DNA of 64,000 nt from a virus. A program made the translations under genes and the position numbers. The notes beneath the pieces were generated by a model. It had not been told where the DNA came from. It was given only the letters and a program-made list of their open reading frames with translations, and did not search any database. The DNA is taken from the IMG/VR virus record IMGVR_UViG_3300029822_001076. One strand, written 5' to 3'. Shown here piece after piece: positions 58,900-64,000 of this stretch. Within the stretch, counting starts at the first letter, position 1. Every line of letters begins with the position of its first letter.

Positions 58900-59073
58900 A
58901 TGAGAACCATAACAATCAAAGTTACGAATGAGGAATATGCCCATCTTGAAAGCATGGTAGGAAATGATCTTCAGCCGGATCAGACACTAGAAGAGTTTGT
59001 GCTAGAAGTGTTAGCAGATAGTTTGCCGTATCTTAGAAGAAACCATTGGCCGAAATATAGGCTGCAAGACTAA
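58900..59073 (+). CDS. 57-aa protein with ribbon-helix-helix-like N-terminus (below the ORF-track cut-off)
   Basis: MRTITIKVTNEEYAHLESMV..., read manually. Confidence 0.5.
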   Translation: MRTITIKVTNEEYAHLESMVGNDLQPDQTLEEFVLEVLADSLPYLRRNHWPKYRLQD

Positions 59074-59099
59074 CGACAGACCATCACGATAATAGGTTT

Positions 59100-59143
59100 T
59101 GCCCCACGGTCTAAGTTGAACTTAGGTCGTGGGGCTATTTTTG
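59100..59143 (+). terminator. Strong intrinsic terminator near the right prophage end
   Basis: GCCCCACGGTCTAAG / CTTAGGTCGTGGGGC stem (two G-U pairs), then TATTTTT. Confidence 0.75.
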
Positions 59144-59343
59144 TTTCTTGAACCTTTTAACGATTGCCATACTTTTTAACGATTCGTCTTCCGTTTTGTG
59201 GTAGGGGGTGCAAAATTCCGAACTTAAATAAAACAATTATCTGAAACAGGTGAAAAATCGCTTCAGTTTTACAAAAGTTGACAGGCGTAAATCTGCTGAA
59301 ATCCCGCTATTTCAAGGCGTTTCAGCCGTTTTTAGGCATTTGA

Positions 59344-59373
59344 AAATTGTATCAAAATGAGTAAGAACATAGA
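59344..59373. other. attR: attP arm containing AAATTGTATCAA (59344-55) plus GA core (59372-73)
   Basis: Mirror of attL. Sequence resumes as GAC CCT GCC TGT GGC (DPACG). Confidence 0.9.
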
Positions 59374-61000
59374 CCCTGCCTGTGGCTGCGGCAATTTCCT
59401 GATCGTCACCTACCAAAAGCTGCGCCAGCTCGAGTTTGAAGTTCTGAAACTGCTCAGCGAATCCGGGCAGATGGTCCTCTTCGACGACCCCACCAAGGTC
59501 ACCGTCGACCAGTTTTTTGGCATCGAAATCGAAGACTTCCCCTGCGAGATCGCCAAGGTCTCCATGCTTCTTACCAAACACCTCATGGACCAGGAGATCA
59601 GCCATTATTTTGGCGGCAATTTTATCGACTACCCCATCCGCGACAACGCCAGCATCAGCAACGCCAACGCCCTGCGCATGGGTTGGAACGAAGTCATCCC
59701 CGCCCACCGTCTCAATTACATCATGGGCAACCCACCCTTCAACGGCGCCCGAACCATGAGCACAGAGCAGAAATCAGATCTCCAGCACGTTTTTGGCGAT
59801 GTGAAAAATGTTGGCAATCTCGATTTTGTCACCCCCTGGTACAAGAAATCAGCAGATATGATGGATATCAACCCAGATATCCAAACCGCACTCGTCTCCA
59901 CCAACTCGATCGTGCAAGGCGATCAAGCCGGTATCCTCGGTGAATATATGTTTGGTCGCGATTTCGAGATCAACTTTGCCTACCGCACCTTCAGATGGTC
60001 CAACGCTGCCAAAGGCAAAGCTGCGGTCCATTGTGTCATAATCGGATTCAGCAAAAGCGGTCATTCAAAGCAATCAAAGAAAATCTATAACGGAAACGAA
60101 GAAAATGTCGTCTCACAGATAAATCAATATCTTATCGACGCACCAAAGATAATTATCCGAAGCCGTTCTAAACCAATCTGCGACGTTCCTGAAATTGGCA
60201 TTGGCAACAAGCCTATTGATGGTGGCAACTATCTGTTTTCAAAAGCAGAGATGGATGAATTTATCGAGCAAGAACCTGGCTCTGTTAATTACTTTCGACC
60301 GTGGTATGGCGCTGATGAATTCATTAATCGAAGACCTCGTTATTGCCTATATCTGAAACATGCTTTTCCATCTGACCTCAAAAAGATGCCTCTTGTAATG
60401 AAGAGAATTGAAAATGTCAGGCAATTCAGGCTGAAAAGTGTAAGCCCGGGTACTGTGAAACTTGCTGAAACACCGACAAAATTTCATGTAGAAAATGAAC
60501 CAACTTCCACATATTTAGTTCTTCCAGAAACCTCATCAGAAAATAGAGCGTACATACCAATGGGGTTTTTGGAGCCAGAAGCCTTGTGTTCAAATGCAGT
60601 ACGGATTTTACCAAATGCAACACTCTTTCATTTTGGCATTTTAACCTCCTCTACCCATATGGCATGGATGCGCACGGTTGCCGGTCGGTTGAAAAGTGAT
60701 TATCGCTATTCAAAAGACATCGTCTACAACAACTTCCCCTGGCCCGACCCCACCCCCGAACAAAAAGTAAAGATCGAACAAACCGCCCGGGCGATCCTCG
60801 CCGCCCGTGAGCGCTACCCCAAAGCCAGCCTCGCCGACCTCTACGACGAGCTTACCATGCCCCCCGACCTGCGCAAAGCCCACCAGGCAAACGACAAAGC
60901 CGTATGGGAAGCCTACGCCAAACCCTGGCACCCCCTCCCCTCCGAACCCGCCTGCGTAGCGTATTTGATGGAGCTGTATCAAAAAGCAACAAAGTTGTAG
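59372..61000 (+). pseudogene. 3' half of the MmeI-like Type IIL RM gene (MTase motifs I-IV, TRD, C-terminus)
   Basis: DPACGCGNFL, FFGIEI, IMGNPPF, RLKSDYRYS, VYNNFPWP, LADLYD...DLRKAH. Confidence 0.9.
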
Positions 61001-61166
61001 TTCATCGATTATGGCATAAATAATCATGAAGTGGAACCTAGCTGAGCATTCAAGCGAATTTGTAGTAGCCAAGAATAGAACTGAAATGTTAATCAAATCC
61101 GAAATTGTTTAATCTTGTTATTGAAAGTGTAATGATACGTAGACAATTTTGAGAACTGGAATCAAT

Positions 61167-62662
61167 ATGAAAAGAATAATCGACCTTTCTTATGATGAAG
61201 CAAAAACCCATTTTCTCAAAGGAAGCAGTTATTTTAATAACGACCTGCCCCCTTACCTGAGTTTTGTCCAATTCTGAAAGATGTTGAAACCGAATTATGT
61301 GGTAAAAACTATCCTGAATTCCAATCTATAAAACCTAGCAAGTTGCCAAATGTAAACTACAAATTCTTAACTAACAAAGATGGCAAATTTGCTTGGAGAC
61401 CGCTCGAACTCATTCATCCCGCAGTTTATGTTTCACTGGTAAATTTAATTACACGACCTGAAAACTGGGAAATGATTAAAGATAAACTGTCAAAAAAAGA
61501 TGGTGCAATTTATTGCTGCAGTATTCCTGTCAAATCTGATCATGACAAGGAGAAAGATGTAGCATCTCAAATTAAGAGTTGGTGGTTGAATGTTGAACAA
61601 CAGTCTTTAGCTTATTCCTTGGAGTATAGCCATCTCCTTTGCACCGATGTTGTGGACTGTTATGGCTCTCTTTATACACATGCTATCTCTTGGGCAATAC
61701 ATGGTATTCCCGAATCGAAAAAATGTAAAGATGACAAATCTTTACTGGGAAATCAAATTGATAGTCATATCCGAGCTGGGAGGTATGGACAAACCAATGG
61801 CATACCCCAAGGATCAGTCTTGATGGATTTGCTAGCAGAAATTGTTTTGAGCTTTGTAGATGATAAGATAAACCAAGCCTTATGCAAGTTTACGAATTTT
61901 CGCGTACTTCGTTATCGGGATGATTACAGAATATTCACCAACAATGATGAGATTGCGGAAGAAGTATTGAAAGTTATCAGCAGAGAGTTATCAGAAGTGG
62001 GGATGAAATTAGTAATGTCAAAAACTATACTTTACAGGAATGTTGTGGAAGGATCAATCAAAAAAGATAAGATGGAAGGTATTAGTTTACCGGACTTAGG
62101 GGAGTCCAATGCAAAGACAATACAAAAACAACTCCTCAGGCTGCATTCATTCGGACAAAAATTTCCGAATAGTGGTGCTCTCAGGCGCTTGGTAAGCGAC
62201 TTCAAGAATAATATGAGTAAACAACATGAAAAGCCAGAGGACCTTGAGGTCCAAGTAGCAATTGCAACAGATATCGGCTTTGTATCTCCTTCGACTTTCC
62301 CCGCAATAGCTGATATTTTAAGTCGCTTGATAAATTTAGCACCGGGATCAGAAAGACTTGTTCTTTGTAGTAAAGTTCGTGAAAAAATGAAACATGTACC
62401 TTACAATGGATACTCAGAAATGTGGCTTCAGCGAATATTACATCCTTTAGGTGTACCTTTCGAAACTGAAGATTCGTTATGCAAAATTGTAAACGGGGAG
62501 AAGTTGGATTTATGGGAGAACAAATGGATCGCGGGGCAGGATCTAAGGAAGGCATTACTCCCATCAAAAATTGTAAATTTCGATCTGTTAGCGTCCTTAT
62601 CACCAGTGATGGATCCCGAAGAAACTACAATATTTACAGAAAAGGCAATGTTGTACTCATAG
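61167..62662 (+). pseudogene. Abi/UG-class (defence-type) reverse transcriptase with a 1-nt frameshift at about 61266
   Basis: N-terminus MKRIIDLSYDEAKTHFLKGSSYFNNDLPPYLSF (ATG 61167) stops at 61277. The -1 frame continues PILKDV...NKDGKFAWRP, GIPQGS, catalytic YRDD. Confidence 0.75.
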
Positions 62663-62718
62663 TAAACCGAAAATAATCACATTGACATGCTGAATGCTTA
62701 CTGTTTACGAATAACTCC

Positions 62719-62753
62719 ATGACAAAGGTTCTTATGATTACTATAATAATCAT
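62719..62753 (+). promoter_or_regulatory. Sigma70 promoter with operator-like inverted repeat
   Basis: ATGACA, 17 bp, TATAAT. ATGATTA / TAATCAT flank the -10 box. Confidence 0.55.
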
Positions 62754-62803
62754 TAATTCCTTATGTCTGTGAAATAATTCTAATTAATCAAAAGGAGCGT
62801 ATT

Positions 62804-63295
62804 ATGGCTTTACTTGCAGAAGAAATTGTTGAAGAATGGTTGAATAGAAACGGATACTTTACCATTCGGGGCATTGAACTCGGACACTATGAAATTGATC
62901 TTCTGGCGATTGGTTTCAAAAATGATGAAATCAAATGTCGTCACATTGAAGTGCAGGCATCCCGAAGACCTATCGGATATATATGCGGAATTCCGATAAA
63001 GAAAACAAGTTCTGAGGTGGTATGCTCGGGTGTAGATGCCTGGGTGAAGAAAAAGTTCCTTCTTGCTAAAAAAGAAAGCTTACGCAACCAGCTTTATCCC
63101 GGTAAATGGGATTTTGAATTGGTAGTTAATCAGGTTAGGCATGAGGGAGAATTAAAGATAATCGAAGAACATGGCATTATGGTTCACCGTCTGGAAAACA
63201 TTATTGCAGAATTATCCTCAATGAAGACCATCGTCAATCGCGCATCGGGCTCCGATCTGGTTGATTTGGTTTTATTCGGAAAAACGGTGATGTAG
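62804..63295 (+). CDS. Small PD-(D/E)xK restriction-endonuclease-fold protein
   Basis: AEEIVEEWL..NGY (helix E), EIDLLA, HIEVQ. RBS AGGAG. Confidence 0.7.
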   Translation: MALLAEEIVEEWLNRNGYFTIRGIELGHYEIDLLAIGFKNDEIKCRHIEVQASRRPIGYICGIPIKKTSSEVVCSGVDAWVKKKFLLAKKESLRNQLYPGKWDFELVVNQVRHEGELKIIEEHGIMVHRLENIIAELSSMKTIVNRASGSDLVDLVLFGKTVM

Positions 63296-63434
63296 TTGAA
63301 GGCATGATGCCTGCAAGGCACGATATCGCGGTTTGCCCCGTGAATTTAACGTAAGCAGTTCAATCAGACAACACCAACGGGAAACGATTGAAGGCTTTTT
63401 GCCCCGGTCGCCGCTCCCCGCTGTCTGCATCCAG

Positions 63435-63474
63435 CCCTCTCCCAGGAGAGGGTACGCGCAGCGGGGGTGAGGGA
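63435..63474. repeat. REP-like hairpin next to the IS end
   Basis: CCCTCTCC-CA-GGAGAGGG stem followed by GGGGGTGAGGG. Confidence 0.45.
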
Positions 63475-64000
63475 TGGACTGGTGCGGAAAAGTGGACACT
63501 AAAGTTGTCTATGTTGGTGTTCAAATTCCAATGGGCTTAGGTAGCCCAGCGACGAATGCATTCTGCTGCGATTGTACCAGCTTTCAATCCACCAAAATAT
63601 TTTTGACCTTGCCTCTTTTCTGCTCTCAAAGCGATAATACACCAGCTCAGTTTTCAAAGTGCTGAAAAAACTTTCCATGGCGGCATTGTCATAGCAATTA
63701 CCTGTGCCACTCATACTGATTTGACAACCAGCCTTTTCTAATTCATCTAAATAATCGTCGGACGTATACTGACTGCCTCTGTCCGAATGGTGCAACAAGC
63801 CTTTGCCAGGATTGCGTCTCTTAAGTGCCATCTGCAAAGCACTGATAACCAAAGCTCGATCAATGCTTGCAGACATACCCCAGCCAACAATGTTTCTCGA
63901 GTAAAGGTCCAAAACCGCTGCCAAATAGTACCAACCCTCTTTCGTGCCGATATAGGTGATGTCCGTCACCCATTTCTGATTGGGAGCGCTGGCTTTGAAG
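63475..64000 (-). mobile_element. IS3-family insertion sequence, right end (continues beyond the window)
   Basis: Terminal TGGACTGGTGCGGAAAAGTGGACAC resembles IS3-type inverted repeats and overlaps the transposase stop. Confidence 0.8.
63499..64000 (-). CDS. IS3-family DDE transposase (OrfB), partial
   Basis: TDITYI, HHSDRGSQY, DNAAMESFFSTLKTE. Confidence 0.92.
   Translation of the reverse strand, partial: FKASAPNQKWVTDITYIGTKEGWYYLAAVLDLYSRNIVGWGMSASIDRALVISALQMALKRRNPGKGLLHHSDRGSQYTSDDYLDELEKAGCQISMSGTGNCYDNAAMESFFSTLKTELVYYRFESRKEARSKIFWWIESWYNRSRMHSSLGYLSPLEFEHQHRQL

Larger units (their letters stand above)
9052..59373. mobile_element. Temperate siphovirus prophage, 50,320 bp plus one GA core copy, serine-recombinase integrated, HK97-type head
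   Basis: att junctions whose removal restores the target ORF. Integration, replication, packaging, head, tail and lysis modules are all present. Confidence 0.95.

Noticed and set aside
59278-59310. TTGACA as a promoter driving the split MTase half
   Set aside because: No acceptable -10 hexamer at 16-18 bp (ATCCCG at 17 bp).
61241-61277. Programmed ribosomal frameshift in the RT gene
   Set aside because: No X XXY YYZ heptamer in the overlap window. A 1-nt deletion or sequencing error is simpler.
61167-62662. RT as part of a retron, diversity-generating retroelement or group II intron
   Set aside because: No VTG or NAxxH retron motifs recognised, no template/variable repeat pair seen in the tail genes, no intron maturase/En domain or flanking intron structure, and the gene lies outside attR.
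349-63665. Numerous overlapping or antisense ORFs in the track (e.g. 2923-3426, 5269-5922, 6230-6811, 31808-32242, 42607-43296, 47940-48698)
   Set aside because: They are shadows of well-supported genes, with no recognisable motifs or RBS.

Overview
The flanks look like an Anaerolineae/Chloroflexota-type chromosome (inferred from protein style only). The left flank carries two ABC exporter subunits, mnmA, gcvH-gcvPA-gcvPB and a REP-like repeat cluster. A 50,320-bp Firmicutes-style siphoviral prophage (9054-59373) is integrated at a GA dinucleotide inside the SAM-binding motif I codon (FL-D-PACG) of an MmeI-like Type IIL restriction-modification gene. Removing the prophage in silico restores one in-frame ORF of about 897 aa. 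It also yields an attP with 12-bp inverted repeats placed symmetrically 16 bp either side of the GA core, as expected for a large serine recombinase site. The prophage carries two tandem serine recombinases, a PolA/SSB/Cas4-like replication block, a phage sigma factor with three copies of a 42-bp upstream motif, and a Type I RM operon (frameshifted hsdM, led by an orphan Phd-like gene). It also carries an ImmA/IrrE-like protein, a GIY-YIG nuclease, a primase-helicase with a putative origin, metK, a ParB-fused methyltransferase, and complete HK97-type head, tail and lysis modules. Right of attR lies a small defence island: the 3' half of the MmeI-like gene, a frameshifted Abi/UG-class reverse transcriptase, a small PD-(D/E)xK nuclease and the end of an IS3-family element. 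No CRISPR array, tRNA or rRNA was seen. All family assignments come from motif recognition, not database searches.
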